Shown here piece after piece: positions 1 to 9,892 of a DNA stretch of 64,000 bases (its first letter is position 1; each line of letters begins with the position of its first letter). Source of the stretch: Pseudolysinimonas sp. (GTDB taxonomy: Bacteria > Actinomycetota > Actinomycetes > Actinomycetales > Microbacteriaceae); contig NZ_JBIIAW010000003.1 of assembly GCF_044239695.1 (NCBI RefSeq), positions 5,316 through 69,315 on the forward strand. Direction: 5' to 3'. The notes beneath the pieces were generated by a model. That model saw only the letters and a program-made list of their open reading frames with translations, searched no databases and was not told the origin of the DNA. The position numbers were made by a program, and so were the translations under genes.

Positions 1-694
1 AGAGGAAGGTGTCGGCGCGCTTGCTCTCCTCGCCCTCCTCGAGCGGACGCTCGTCGACGAGCGAGATCGTCAGGCCCTTGTTGAGGAAGGCGGTCTGCTG
101 GAACCGCGTGCGCAGCGTCTCGTAGTCGAACTCGACGGTCTCGAAGATGTCGGCGTTCGGCCAGAAGGTGATCGTCGTGCCGGTCTCGTCGGTCGCCTCC
201 TCCTTCGCGAGCGGGGCGTCGGGCACACCGATGTGGTAGCTCTGCCGGTAGGCGTTGCCCTGCCGGCGCACCTCGACCTCGAGCTGCGACGAGAGCGCGT
301 TGACGACGCTCGAGCCGACGCCGTGGAGGCCGCCGGAGACGGCGTACCCGCCGCCGCCGAACTTGCCGCCGGCGTGCAGCACGGTCAGCACGACCTCGAC
401 CGTGGAGCGCTTCTCGACCGGGTGGATGTCGACCGGGATGCCGCGGCCGTTGTCGACGACGCGCAGCGCGCCGTCGGCGAGGATCGTCACGGCGATCGTG
501 TCGCAGTAGCCGGCGAGCGACTCGTCGACCGCGTTGTCGACGATCTCGTAGACGAGGTGGTGCAGGCCCCGGGGACCGGTCGACCCGATGTACATACCGG
601 GGCGCTTGCGGACGGCTTCGAGGCCTTCGAGGACTTGGATGTCCGAGGCGCCGTAGTTCGAATCGGCTTCGCCCTGACGCGAGGTGTTGCTCAT
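1..694 (-). CDS. gyrB: DNA gyrase subunit B, N-terminal part (3' end lies beyond window start)
   Basis: Not in ORF track because it is open at the edge. My translation from ATG 694-692 (minus): [58 protein letters not shown]..., a canonical GyrB GHKL N-terminus. Fits dnaA-dnaN-recF-gyrB synteny. Confidence 0.95.
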   Translation of the reverse strand, partial: MSNTSRQGEADSNYGASDIQVLEGLEAVRKRPGMYIGSTGPRGLHHLVYEIVDNAVDESLAGYCDTIAVTILADGALRVVDNGRGIPVDIHPVEKRSTVEVVLTVLHAGGKFGGGGYAVSGGLHGVGSSVVNALSSQLEVEVRRQGNAYRQSYHIGVPDAPLAKEEATDETGTTITFWPNADIFETVEFDYETLRTRFQQTAFLNKGLTISLVDERPLEEGEESKRADTFL

Positions 695-840
695 GGGGAG
701 GTGGCTCCTGCCGCGGTCGTGCTCGACCGCCGGAAAAGCCGGCCGGCCAAGTAGTCGATTCTATCCCGCGAAGCGGGTCCAGACCGGGCGATTTCGCGAT
801 CTGAGGGGTTTTCCTTGCGCGGTCGACCAGATTTGCCTTG

Positions 841-1344
841 TCAACCGTAGGTATCGCGTGGACCCCGCCCTTGAACCGCCTTGGGGCCGTGTTTCCAGGA
901 GGGGGCGTGGGGGGCGAGAAAGCGCGCGGTTTCGACCCCGGCCGCCGGGAACAGCTCGGCGATGCTGTTCAGGACGGTCGCCGACATGATCCGCAACTGC
1001 TGCGCCCAGGCCGTCGAGTCGCATTGCACGGTCAGCACCCCGTCCTCGATGCCGATCGGGGTGGCGTGCGCAGCGGTGTCGGCGCCGACGATGTCGGGCC
1101 ACGACACGAGCAACTCGGCGCGGGCGAGCGGAGACTCCCACCCCCGCGCCGACGCCATCCCGCTGAGCACGTCGCCGAGGCCGCGCGGGTCACGGCCGAG
1201 CCCGTAGGGCTCGCTCGCGGCGGCGTCAGCCGCCCGGCGGCGGCGGCGGCCGTCGGTGCTGCGCAGCTCGGGGTCGCCGAACAGTCGGCGCAGTCGGCGG
1301 TACACCGCGATGTGCTCGGGAACCTTCTCTTCGGGCTCGCTCAC
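841..1344 (-). CDS. DUF721/DciA-like protein (conserved recF-gyrB spacer gene of Actinobacteria)
   Basis: 167-aa ORF. GTG start overlaps the recF stop (GTGA). Its position between recF and gyrB matches the Rv0004-type DUF721 gene (family recalled, not searched). Confidence 0.75.
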   Translation of the reverse strand: MSEPEEKVPEHIAVYRRLRRLFGDPELRSTDGRRRRRAADAAASEPYGLGRDPRGLGDVLSGMASARGWESPLARAELLVSWPDIVGADTAAHATPIGIEDGVLTVQCDSTAWAQQLRIMSATVLNSIAELFPAAGVETARFLAPHAPSWKHGPKAVQGRGPRDTYG

Positions 1345-2531
1345 GCGTCCTCCCCAGGCGGGGCGTCATCAGGGCGCCCGGCGTGCAGGATCTGCCCGGC
1401 TCGGATGTGGACGGTGTGCACGCGGAGCGCGTCCGGTACGTCGCCGAGCACCGCCGCCGTGATGAGCACCTGTTCGTAGCCCGCGATCCCGTCAGCGAGC
1501 CGTGCCCGTCGGGACTCGTCGAGCTCGGCGAACACGTCGTCGAGGATGATCACCGGATCCCCGAGCGGCGAGTCCGCGCGCAGGGTCGCGGCCGCCGCCA
1601 GCTTGAGGGCGAGCGCGAACGACCAGGACTCGCCATGACTGGCGTAGCCCTTCGCCGGCAGCCCGTTGAGGGTGAGCACGAGATCGTCGCGGTGCGGGCC
1701 GACGAGGGTGAGCCCGCGATCCAGCTCCTGCCGCCTCACCCGGGCGAGCGCGGCGGTGAAGGCCTCGCGCACGTCGGCCGGTTGCAGAACCGTGGGGATG
1801 CCGACATCCTCTGCGTCGTCGTCCGGGATGTCGCCCAGGATGCTGAGCCGCGCGGCGAGGTCGGCGCGCTGGTCGTCACCCGCGATCCGTCGGTAGGCGT
1901 CGGCCACGTGCGGGCGGATGCGGTCGATCAGCGCGGAGCGCTCGACGACGATCTGGGAGCCGAGGTCGCTGAGCCGTTCGTCCCAGACCTCGAGCGTCGA
2001 GAGCTGGGATTCCGCGACCCGGGCAGAACGCACCGACTTCAGCAGGGTCGTGCGCTGGCGCAGCACGCGCTCGTAGTCGCCGAGGACGCCGGCGAGCCGC
2101 GGGCTCAGCTGCACGAGGAGCTGATCGAGATAGCGGCGCCGCCCGCCCGGGTCGCCACGCACGAGCGCGAGATCCTCCGGCGCGAACAACACGCTCGTCG
2201 CGTAGCGCGGCAGCTCGCGCGGCTTCGTCGCGACGCGGTTGACCTGCGCGCGGTTCGCACCCGAGCGGTTGATCTGCACCTCGACGAGTACCGATCGGTC
2301 GGCGTGTTCGAGTCGCGCGCGCACGATCGCGGCATCCCGTCCCGCGCGGATGAGGGCCTGGTCGGTCGACACCCGGTGCGACCCGAGCGTGCTCAGGTAG
2401 CCGATCGCCTCGACCAGGTTCGTCTTGCCCTGTCCGTTGCGGCCGACGAACAGGTTCGGGCCGGCGACCAGGTCGACGTCGGCGATCTCGTAGTTGCGGA
2501 AGTCACTCAGCGAGAGATGGGTGACGATCAC
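1341..2531 (-). CDS. recF: DNA replication/repair protein RecF
   Basis: 396 aa. Walker A GRNGQGKTNLVEA near the N-terminus and Walker B-like IILDDVFAELD near the C-terminus. Synteny fits. Confidence 0.95.
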   Translation of the reverse strand: MIVTHLSLSDFRNYEIADVDLVAGPNLFVGRNGQGKTNLVEAIGYLSTLGSHRVSTDQALIRAGRDAAIVRARLEHADRSVLVEVQINRSGANRAQVNRVATKPRELPRYATSVLFAPEDLALVRGDPGGRRRYLDQLLVQLSPRLAGVLGDYERVLRQRTTLLKSVRSARVAESQLSTLEVWDERLSDLGSQIVVERSALIDRIRPHVADAYRRIAGDDQRADLAARLSILGDIPDDDAEDVGIPTVLQPADVREAFTAALARVRRQELDRGLTLVGPHRDDLVLTLNGLPAKGYASHGESWSFALALKLAAAATLRADSPLGDPVIILDDVFAELDESRRARLADGIAGYEQVLITAAVLGDVPDALRVHTVHIRAGQILHAGRPDDAPPGEDA

Positions 2532-2556
2532 GGGACGATTCTGCCCGTGAGAACCG

Positions 2557-3441
2557 TCACGCCTTGCGGACGGCGTGCCCGCCGAACTGCTTTCGCAGCG
2601 CGGCGACCGCCTTCATCGACGGCGAGTCCTTCTGGCGCGAGACGAAGCGCGCGAAGATCGCCGCGCTGATCGTCGGCACCGGCACCGCGTGGTCCAGCGC
2701 GTCGTGCACCGTCCACCGACCCTCGCCCGAGTCCTCGACGTAGCCCTCGATGTCGGCGAGTTCGGGATCGGCTTCGAGCGCCTTCACGAGCAACTCGAGC
2801 AGCCAGCTGCGCACGACGGTTCCGCGTTGCCAGGCCTTGAAAACGCCCGGAACATCGTGGATCAGGTCGTCCCGGGCATCCATCAGTTCGAAACCCTCGG
2901 CCCACGCCTGCATGAGCGCGTACTCGATGCCGTTGTGCACCATCTTCGAGTAGTGACCTGCGCCGACGGAGCCGGCGTGCACGAATCCCTCGTCGCGCGG
3001 TCCCTCCGGACGCAGGGCGTCGAAGACCGGCAGCAGTTCTTCGATGTCGGCCGGGTCGCCGCCGGCCATGAGCCCGTAGCCGTTCTCGAGACCCCAGATG
3101 CCGCCGGAGACGCCGCAGTCGACGAAGCGGATCTTCTTCTCGGCGAGCTGCGCGGAATGCACGGCGTCGTCGGTGAATCGCGAGTTGCCGCCATCGATCA
3201 CGAGATCGCCCGGCTCGAGCACGGCCGACACGTCCGCGATGACCTGGTCGGTGATCGCTCCCGACGGGACCATGATCCAGACGACTCGCGGCGCCGGCAG
3301 CGCCGCGGCGAGCGCGGCGAGATCCGCGACGTCGGTGACCTCCGGGTTCGGGTCGTATCCGGTGACCTCCACGCCTCCGCGCCGGAGGCGCTCGCGCATG
3401 TTGCCGCCCATCTTGCCCAAGCCGACGAGTCCGATGTGCAT
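2557..3441 (-). CDS. 6-phosphogluconate dehydrogenase (decarboxylating)-like, short form
   Basis: 294 aa. Rossmann start MHIGLVGLGKMGGNM. This gene commonly sits between dnaN and recF in actinobacteria. Confidence 0.8.
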   Translation of the reverse strand: MHIGLVGLGKMGGNMRERLRRGGVEVTGYDPNPEVTDVADLAALAAALPAPRVVWIMVPSGAITDQVIADVSAVLEPGDLVIDGGNSRFTDDAVHSAQLAEKKIRFVDCGVSGGIWGLENGYGLMAGGDPADIEELLPVFDALRPEGPRDEGFVHAGSVGAGHYSKMVHNGIEYALMQAWAEGFELMDARDDLIHDVPGVFKAWQRGTVVRSWLLELLVKALEADPELADIEGYVEDSGEGRWTVHDALDHAVPVPTISAAIFARFVSRQKDSPSMKAVAALRKQFGGHAVRKA

Positions 3442-3465
3442 GGAAGTCAGCTTGTCACGCGCTCA

Positions 3466-4611
3466 TCAGCGCAGCAGCAGATTCGGCTGGAGGAGGTACT
3501 TGTAGTTGTCGGCTCCGGGCTGGTCCTTGGAGGACTGGCTCGTGATGAGCACGGGGCCGGGCTTGTTCGGGTTGTCGGTCTTCGTGAACGAGATGCGCAC
3601 GTACTCGGAGTGCACCGCCCCGAGACCGTCGAGGAGGAACGACGGCTTGAGCGACACGACGGTGTCCTCGCCGTGCAGGTGCCCTTCGATCGTCTCCGAG
3701 GCCTGGGCGTTCTCCGCGCCGGCGGCCTCCAGGGTCACCCCGTCGATCGTGAACGAGAAGCGCAGTGCCGCCTCACGCTCGAGCACGAGGGACACCCGGC
3801 GGGTGGCCTCGACCAGGTCCGCGGTGTTCACGACGGCGTAGTTCTCGACCGACTCCGGGAAGAGCCGCTTGACCGGAGGGAAGTTGCCCTTGATGAGCAG
3901 CGACGTGACGGTCTTCTTGTCGGCGCTGAACGCGATCAGTTCGCGATCGTCGCCGCGTGCGATCGTCACCGAGACGGTGCCGCTGTGGGCGAAGGTCTTG
4001 CCGATCTCCGAGAGCGTGCGCGCCGGGATGAGCGCGGTCGTGCCCTCCGCGGTCGTCGCGCCGGAATCCCAGTCGATCTCACGCACGGCGACCCGGTAGC
4101 GGTCGGTCGCGACGAGCGACAGGTTGTTGTCGCCGACCTCGAGTTGCACGCCGGTGATCACCGGGGTGACGTCATCACGGGACGCCGCAACGGTGACCTG
4201 CGCGACGGCCGCCGCGAAGTCCTCGGCCGGGAGTACGCCGGTGCGTTCCTCGACCTGCGGCAGGGTCGGGTATTCCTCGACCGGCATGCTCCCCAGGGTG
4301 AACTTCGCGGAGCCGCACTGCACCGCGATCTTGCCGTCGACGGTGGAGAACTGCACGGGGGCGTTCGGCAGGCGGCTGGCGATGTCGGCCAGCAGCCGCC
4401 CGGAGACCAGAGCGCTGCCCGACTCGTCGACGTCGGCGGAGATCTCCGTTCGCGACGAGACCTCGTAGTCGAAGGACGACAGCACGAGCACGCCGTCGTT
4501 CGCCTCGAGCAGCACACCGCTGAGGATGGGCTGCGTCGTGCGCTGGGGGAGCAACTTGACCGCGAACGACACAGCCTCGCTGAAGACGTCCCGGTTGACC
4601 TGGAACTTCAC
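3466..4611 (-). CDS. dnaN: DNA polymerase III beta sliding clamp
   Basis: The ORF track gives 3466..4653. I prefer the GTG at 4611-4609 (VKFQVNRDVF...) because AAGGAG (complement of 4619-4624) lies 7 nt upstream. Product is about 381 aa and typical of the beta clamp. Confidence 0.93.
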   Translation of the reverse strand: MKFQVNRDVFSEAVSFAVKLLPQRTTQPILSGVLLEANDGVLVLSSFDYEVSSRTEISADVDESGSALVSGRLLADIASRLPNAPVQFSTVDGKIAVQCGSAKFTLGSMPVEEYPTLPQVEERTGVLPAEDFAAAVAQVTVAASRDDVTPVITGVQLEVGDNNLSLVATDRYRVAVREIDWDSGATTAEGTTALIPARTLSEIGKTFAHSGTVSVTIARGDDRELIAFSADKKTVTSLLIKGNFPPVKRLFPESVENYAVVNTADLVEATRRVSLVLEREAALRFSFTIDGVTLEAAGAENAQASETIEGHLHGEDTVVSLKPSFLLDGLGAVHSEYVRISFTKTDNPNKPGPVLITSQSSKDQPGADNYKYLLQPNLLLR

Positions 4612-5054
4612 GGAAGGACTCCTTGTTCGCCGCAGCAGAGCCGGCTGATTCACGAAAGCGGGTGGAAACCCGGGTGGGCCAGGATTTCACATCGATCCTG
4701 GCACAGGAAGAGCCGAGCGGTTTCTGGCACCTCGGGCGGCGCCGAGAGGTTGTCGAACAGCCGAAATGAGAAGAGAGAGCTAATCCTCTTAACCGGTGTT
4801 GACATGTGGATAACCGGCGACGATCCCTGTCGCACGTAAGGAACTACAGCGGTGTGAGTTGCGGAGTAGCTGTGGAGGCCGAGCCCGGCATCGGTGGAGA
4901 ACGCGCAACCCGTGCCGGGAGTTCCACAGTCGGACGGGCAGATGTCCACATTTCGTCCCCGCGCGGCGCGGGAGTTATCCACAGAGTTTCCACACCTTGT
5001 GGACTCCGCCAGATCGAAGACTGGTTCGTCTAGTCCCCCGTTCGGGGGCAGACC
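4612..5054. other. Candidate chromosomal origin oriC (dnaA-dnaN spacer with DnaA-box cluster)
   Basis: Perfect boxes TGTGGATAA 4805-4813 (reverse) and TTATCCACA 4975-4983. Near-boxes: CTGTGGAGG 4870-4878, GTTCCACAG 4921-4929, ATGTCCACA 4942-4950, GTTTCCACA 4986-4994, TTGTGGACT 4997-5005. A less GC-rich, purine-rich stretch lies at about 4758-4800. Confidence 0.8.
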
Positions 5055-6467
5055 TCACAGCTTGTTGAAGCGTTGATTCTGTTTGATGCGGGTGGTGAGC
5101 TCGGTGACCTGGTTGTAGATCGACCGGCGCTCCTTCATCAGCTCGCTGATCTTCTTGTTCGCGTACATCACCGTCGTGTGATCGCGGTTGCCGAACAGTT
5201 GCCCGATCTTGGGCAGGGAGAGGTTCGTCAGCTCGCGGCAGAGATACATCGCGATCTGTCGCGCGGTGGCGACCGCCTGCGACCGACTCGACCCGTAGAG
5301 GTCGTCGACCGAGAGTTTGAAGTACTCGGCCGTGTGATTGATGATGTCGACCGGCGCGATGACGTTGTCCTCATCGAGGGTGATGAGGTCCTTGAGTACC
5401 GTCTGCACGAGCTGCAGATCGACCGGGGTGCGGTTCAGGCTCGCGAACGCGGTGACGCGGATGAGCGTGCCCTCCAGCTCGCGGATGTTGCTCGACACCT
5501 TCGTGGCGATGAACTCGAGGATCTCATCGGGCGCCTGCAGCTTCTCGCTCTGCGCCTTCTTCCGGAGGATCGCGATACGGGTCTCGAGGTCGGGTGCCTG
5601 CACATCGGTGATGAGACCCCACTCGAAGCGCGACCGCATCCGGTCTTCGAAGCCGGTGAGGAACTTGGGCGCGACGTCGCTCGTGATCACGACCTGCTTG
5701 CTGTGATCGTGCAGCGTGTTGAAGGTGTGGAAGAAGGCCTCCTGCGTCTCCACCGCGCGCTGGAGGAACTGGATGTCGTCGATGAGCAGGATGTCGATCT
5801 CGCGGTAGCGCGACTGGAACGCGGCCGACCGGTTGTTCTGGATCGAGTTGATGAAGTCGTTCGTGAACTCCTCGCTCGACACGTAGCGCACCCGGATGCC
5901 GGTGTAGAGGTTCTCGGCGTAGTGGCCGATCGCGTGGAGGAGGTGGGTCTTGCCGAGGCCGGAGTCGCCGTAGATGAAGAGCGGGTTGTACGCCTTGGCC
6001 GGCGCCTCCGCGACCGCGACCGCGGCGGCGTGGGCGAAGCGGTTGGATCCGCCGATGACGAAGTTGTCGAAGTTGTACTTCGGGTTGAGCCGGGAGTCGC
6101 TGCGCCGGCTGCTGATGTCGCCGATCGCGGTCGCCGGTTCCGGGGCCGTGATCCCCAGGTCTCCGCTCCCCAGATCGGCGACCGGGGTCAGGGTGGCGGC
6201 CTGCATCTCGGGATTGACCACGATGGCGAAGTTGACGACCTCTTCGGCGGCACCGGTGATCGCTTCGATGAGAGGAACGCGGATGCGCTGCTCGAGCATC
6301 CCGCGCGTCAACTCGTTCGGCACCTCGAGGTAGAGCACGCCATTGAGGACGCCCTTGGCTTCGACCAGGTTCACGAAGCCATGGAGCTGCGGGGTGATGC
6401 GCTCGTCCGCTCCGAGCAGGGAGAGCACGGAGGACCACAACTCGCGGGTCGGATCGGTCTCGGTCAT
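5055..6467 (-). CDS. dnaA: Chromosomal replication initiator DnaA
   Basis: 470 aa. Walker [16 protein letters not shown], Walker B LLIDDIQF, and the C-terminal DNA-binding signature [21 protein letters not shown]. Confidence 0.97.
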   Translation of the reverse strand: MTETDPTRELWSSVLSLLGADERITPQLHGFVNLVEAKGVLNGVLYLEVPNELTRGMLEQRIRVPLIEAITGAAEEVVNFAIVVNPEMQAATLTPVADLGSGDLGITAPEPATAIGDISSRRSDSRLNPKYNFDNFVIGGSNRFAHAAAVAVAEAPAKAYNPLFIYGDSGLGKTHLLHAIGHYAENLYTGIRVRYVSSEEFTNDFINSIQNNRSAAFQSRYREIDILLIDDIQFLQRAVETQEAFFHTFNTLHDHSKQVVITSDVAPKFLTGFEDRMRSRFEWGLITDVQAPDLETRIAILRKKAQSEKLQAPDEILEFIATKVSSNIRELEGTLIRVTAFASLNRTPVDLQLVQTVLKDLITLDEDNVIAPVDIINHTAEYFKLSVDDLYGSSRSQAVATARQIAMYLCRELTNLSLPKIGQLFGNRDHTTVMYANKKISELMKERRSIYNQVTELTTRIKQNQRFNKL

Positions 6468-6505
6468 GCCCTCATCCTGGAATGCTCACTCGGTTGTACA
6501 CAGGG

Positions 6506-6532
6506 TTATCCACCGATCTGATTCCTGTGGAC
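6506..6532. promoter_or_regulatory. DnaA-box pair in the dnaA upstream region (autoregulation candidate)
   Basis: TTATCCACC at 6506-6514 and inverted TGTGGAC at 6526-6532, 40-65 nt upstream of the dnaA start (6467). Confidence 0.5.
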
Positions 6533-6622
6533 GACGGAGTTCACCTTAGTTCGCGGCGGGCGGCAGAGGTCAACCAGAAGTGAGAAGGTGGGGAGGAGCT
6601 TCCCTACCGGCACAGCGGTCGT

Positions 6623-6651
6623 TTGACCAGGGGGCGCGCTGACCGTATCTT
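6623..6651 (+). promoter_or_regulatory. Candidate sigma-70-type promoter of rpmH-rnpA-yidD-yidC
   Basis: TTGACC 6623-6628, a 17-nt spacer, then TATCTT 6646-6651, about 90 nt upstream of the rpmH ATG. Confidence 0.4.
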
Positions 6652-6738
6652 TAATCAGTTCACCCGCGGTCGTCCGTGGGACCTACCTGATCTTCCCGGC
6701 CCGCCGAACGCATCGGCCGCCGGGCGTGGAGACCAATC

Positions 6739-6876
6739 ATGACCAAGCGAACCTTCCAGCCGAACAACCGTCGTCGCGCCAAGGTGCACGGCTTCCGCCT
6801 CCGCATGCGCACGCGCGCCGGCCGCGCCATCCTCGGTGCCCGTCGTCGCAAGGGGCGCACCGAGCTCTCCGCTTAA
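6739..6876 (+). CDS. rpmH: 50S ribosomal protein L34
   Basis: Below the ORF-track size cutoff. My translation: [45 protein letters not shown], the canonical L34. Confidence 0.97.
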   Translation: MTKRTFQPNNRRRAKVHGFRLRMRTRAGRAILGARRRKGRTELSA

Positions 6877-6884
6877 GAGCCTCC

Positions 6885-7238
6885 GTGCTCGCCAGGGCGA
6901 ACCGAGTGGTGCTCCCTGCGGACTTCCGAGCCACCGTTCGTCGAGGACGGCGCGCGACCACGGCCTCCGCGGTGTACTACCGACTCGCCACCGACCCCGC
7001 TGCGCCCGCGCGCTTCGGGGTCGTCGTGTCGAAGGCGGTCGGCAACGCCGTCGTCCGCAACCGGGTGCGCCGTCGGCTGAAGGCCCTCGGGCGCGGCCGT
7101 ATCGATGCAGGTCACCGCGGTGAGGACGTCGTGATCCGGGTGCTCCCCGGAAGCGCGCAAGGGTCCTGGGATAGTCTCTCCGCCGACATGGATGCCGTGA
7201 TCCCCGCCCCTCAGGCTGGAAACTCCCCCACCGCATGA
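6885..7238 (+). CDS. rnpA: Ribonuclease P protein component
   Basis: In-frame GTG at 6885 within ORF 6726..7238 gives VLARANRVVLPADFRATVRRG..., 117 aa. It sits directly after rpmH. Confidence 0.9.
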   Translation: MLARANRVVLPADFRATVRRGRRATTASAVYYRLATDPAAPARFGVVVSKAVGNAVVRNRVRRRLKALGRGRIDAGHRGEDVVIRVLPGSAQGSWDSLSADMDAVIPAPQAGNSPTA

Positions 7239-7546
7239 TGCGCGCCCTCACCTTCCTCTGGCTGCTGCCGCGCAACGTCTGCGTACTGATCCTGCGCGGC
7301 TACCGCGCCGTGATCTCGCCGCTCTACGGCGACGTCTGCCGCTACTACCCGAGCTGCTCCGCCTACGCGCTCGGCTCGATCCAGCAGCATGGCGTGATCA
7401 AGGGCGTGGCCCTCGGTTCCTGGCGACTGCTGCGCTGCCACCCCTGGGCGAGAGGCGGCGTGGATGATGTCCGCGTCGCGTCCGTCCCCCGTTACCGCAT
7501 CACGAACTTCGGCTTCGTCATCCCGGCGAGCTTGGGAAAGGCCTGA
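7235..7546 (+). CDS. yidD: Membrane protein insertion efficiency factor YidD
   Basis: 103 aa with the YidD core ISPLYGDVCRYYPSCSAYA. ATGA overlap with rnpA. Confidence 0.9.
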   Translation: MMRALTFLWLLPRNVCVLILRGYRAVISPLYGDVCRYYPSCSAYALGSIQQHGVIKGVALGSWRLLRCHPWARGGVDDVRVASVPRYRITNFGFVIPASLGKA

Positions 7547-7553
7547 CACCACC

Positions 7554-8543
7554 GTGGACATCTTCGGTTTCTTCAATTCGCTGCTGTGGCCCATCAAGTG
7601 GGTCATCGAGGCGATCCTCGTGGGTTTCCACACGCTGCTCGACGCGCTCGGCATGGACCCGGCGGCCGGTCTCACCTGGGTGCTCTCGATCGTCGGCCTG
7701 GTGCTCGTCGTGCGTGCGGCCCTCATCCCGATCTTCGTTCGCCAGATCAAGAGCCAGCGCAAGATGCTCGAGGTCGCCCCGCAGCTCAAAAAGATCCAGG
7801 ACAAGTACAAGGGCAAGCGCGACCAGTTCTCGCGCGAGGCCATGCAGCGCGAGACGATGGACCTCTACAAGAAGGCGGGCACCAACCCGTTCGCGTCGTG
7901 CCTTCCCCTGCTGATCCAGATGCCGATCTTCTTCAGCCTGTTCTCGGTGCTCAACGAGTCCAAGCCGCAGGCCGACGGCAGCTACAAGGCCGGCGTCGGC
8001 CTGCTCAACCAGGAGCTCTCGGAGCAGTTCGGCAGCTCGTCGCTTTTCGACATCGCGCCGCTGCGCCACAGCATCCAGTCCGCGCTCGCGGCCAACCCGG
8101 TCGAGACCGTCGTGATCGTGATCGCGGTCGTCATGGTCGTACTGATGACCGCGTCGCAGTTCATCACGCAGCTGCAGATCATGTCGAAGAACCAGTCGCC
8201 GGAGATGAAGGCGAGCCCGATGTACCGCCAGCAGCGGATCCTGCTGTACATCCTCCCGCTGGTGTTCGCCTTCTCCGGTTTCGCGTTCCCGATCGGCGTC
8301 ATGTTCTACTGGCTGACCTCGAACGTCTGGACGATGGTGCAGCAGTTCCTCGTCATCCGGAACATGCCGACCCCCGGCAGCGAAGCCGCCCTCGCCCGTG
8401 AGGCTCGCCTCGCGAAGAAGCGCCGCAAGAGCATGACCGAAGACGCGGCCATCCTCGAGGAGATCGTCGAGGAGCCCAAGAAGATCCAGCGGCAGCAGCC
8501 GGTGGGCAAGAACCGATCGAAGAAGCAGGGCGGACGCCGATGA
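7554..8543 (+). CDS. yidC: Membrane protein insertase YidC
   Basis: The ORF track starts at 7464. The GTG at 7554 (VDIFGFFNSLLWPIKW...) follows the yidD stop, so I use it. 329 aa, polytopic, with a basic C-terminal tail. Confidence 0.92.
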   Translation: MDIFGFFNSLLWPIKWVIEAILVGFHTLLDALGMDPAAGLTWVLSIVGLVLVVRAALIPIFVRQIKSQRKMLEVAPQLKKIQDKYKGKRDQFSREAMQRETMDLYKKAGTNPFASCLPLLIQMPIFFSLFSVLNESKPQADGSYKAGVGLLNQELSEQFGSSSLFDIAPLRHSIQSALAANPVETVVIVIAVVMVVLMTASQFITQLQIMSKNQSPEMKASPMYRQQRILLYILPLVFAFSGFAFPIGVMFYWLTSNVWTMVQQFLVIRNMPTPGSEAALAREARLAKKRRKSMTEDAAILEEIVEEPKKIQRQQPVGKNRSKKQGGRR

Positions 8544-9103
8544 GCGACACCACCGAGACCCCCACCGTCGACGAGGCCGAGGCCGTCGTGGAGAGCGAGG
8601 GCGCGACCGAGGACGCCGCGCAGGGCGAGCTGTCCGAGCAGGACGTCATCGACGAGGGTGACGCCGCCGCCGATTACATCGAGGAACTCCTCGACATCGC
8701 GGACATCGACGGCGACATCGACATCGACGCCCGCGGTGGCCGCGCCTACCTCTCCGTCTCGGCGACCGGTGACTCCAACCTCCGGCTGCTGTCCAAGCCC
8801 GACACCGTCGCGGCGCTGCAGGAGCTCACACGTCTCGCGGTGCAGAACAAGACCAGCCGCTTCTCCCGGCTCATCCTCGACATCGGCGGCTCGCGGGATG
8901 CCCGCGCCACCGAGCTCGCAACGCTCGTCGATCACGCGATCACGCGCCTCGAGGGCGGGGCGGCCACGGCGTCGCTGCCCCCGATGTCGAGCTACGAGCG
9001 GAAGGTCGTGCACGACATCGTGGCGGAACGCGGCTACACCTCGGAGTCCGAGGGCGAGGGCCGCGATCGCCACACGGTGATCACCGCCCGCGCTGGAGCA
9101 TAG
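8540..9103 (+). CDS. jag: Jag/KhpB-type R3H RNA-binding protein
   Basis: 187 aa with an acidic N-terminus and a C-terminal R3H-like ERKVVHDIVAERGYTSESEGEGRDRHTVI. ATGA overlap with yidC. Confidence 0.88.
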   Translation: MSDTTETPTVDEAEAVVESEGATEDAAQGELSEQDVIDEGDAAADYIEELLDIADIDGDIDIDARGGRAYLSVSATGDSNLRLLSKPDTVAALQELTRLAVQNKTSRFSRLILDIGGSRDARATELATLVDHAITRLEGGAATASLPPMSSYERKVVHDIVAERGYTSESEGEGRDRHTVITARAGA

Positions 9104-9168
9104 AGCGAGGCCATTTCCGGCCTCGCCCCAGCGCCCCAGCGCCGACGTGCGTCTGGGGCGTCGGGCAA

Positions 9169-9184
9169 GGTTTCACGTGAAACA
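9169..9184. promoter_or_regulatory. parS centromere site (15/16 match)
   Basis: GGTTTCACGTGAAACA versus the consensus TGTTTCACGTGAAACA, in the jag-rsmG spacer. Confidence 0.85.
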
Positions 9185-9198
9185 TTGGTGGACATGAC

Positions 9199-9825
9199 GT
9201 GATCGTGGAAGACGAGCCTCCGTACGCGGCCGAGCTGTTCGGCGACCGCATCGACGTCGCACGCGCCTTCACCGCGGACCTCGCACGCTTCGGCGAGGAG
9301 CTCGGCCTGATCGGTCCACTCGAGGCCGAGAGGCTGTGGTCGCGACACGTAGTCAACTGCGTGTTGATGGCTCACCTGCTGCGCCCGGGACGTGTCGGCG
9401 ACGTGGGCAGTGGGGCGGGTTTGCCCGGCCTCGTGCTGGCGATCGCTCGTCCCGACGTGGACATGGTGCTCATCGAGCCGATGGAGCGCCGCACCGACTG
9501 GCTCAGCGCCGAGTCCGAACGACTCGGTCTGACCAACGTCACGGTCGCGCGGGGGAGGGCGGAAGAGATCCGACCCGAGCCGCTGCTCGACCAGGTCACC
9601 GCCCGTGCGGTGTCGGCGCTGAGCAAGCTCGTCCCGCTGTGCGCGCCCCTCCTCAAGCCCGGTGGGGAGATGTTGTTCATGAAGGGCGCGCGGGTCCAGG
9701 ATGAGGTCGTCGCGGCGGAGAAGGCTCTTCGCAAGGCTCGCATCCGCGACGCCGAGGTGCTCGTTCTGGGCGAGGGGATCGTGCCCGAGGTCACCCGGGT
9801 CTTTCGGGCTAGTCTGGGTCACTGA
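9199..9825 (+). CDS. rsmG: 16S rRNA (guanine527-N7)-methyltransferase RsmG (GidB)
   Basis: 208 aa with SAM motif DVGSGAGLPGLVLA. Synteny fits. Confidence 0.92.
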   Translation: MIVEDEPPYAAELFGDRIDVARAFTADLARFGEELGLIGPLEAERLWSRHVVNCVLMAHLLRPGRVGDVGSGAGLPGLVLAIARPDVDMVLIEPMERRTDWLSAESERLGLTNVTVARGRAEEIRPEPLLDQVTARAVSALSKLVPLCAPLLKPGGEMLFMKGARVQDEVVAAEKALRKARIRDAEVLVLGEGIVPEVTRVFRASLGH

Positions 9826-9849
9826 TCTGAGCCGGCCCTCCGCCGCCGA

Positions 9850-9865
9850 TGTTTCACGTGAAACA
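9850..9865. promoter_or_regulatory. parS centromere site (perfect 16-mer)
   Basis: TGTTTCACGTGAAACA, 28 nt upstream of the parA start. Confidence 0.92.
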
Positions 9866-9892
9866 CACTCCGCATCACCTTGAAAGGCCTCT

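Noticed and set aside
2575-4839. 754-aa plus-strand ORF spanning gnd-like and dnaN. Similar giants occur at 1383-2669, 5073-6521, 12620-13840, 16893-18545, 18419-19924, 26164-27924, 28345-30027, 32848-35229 and 42763-45069.
   Set aside because: Their products are Arg/Gly/Asp/His/Pro-rich and low-complexity, and they lie antisense or out of frame to genes with unmistakable conserved motifs. These are classic shadow ORFs of about 70% G+C DNA where stop codons are rare.
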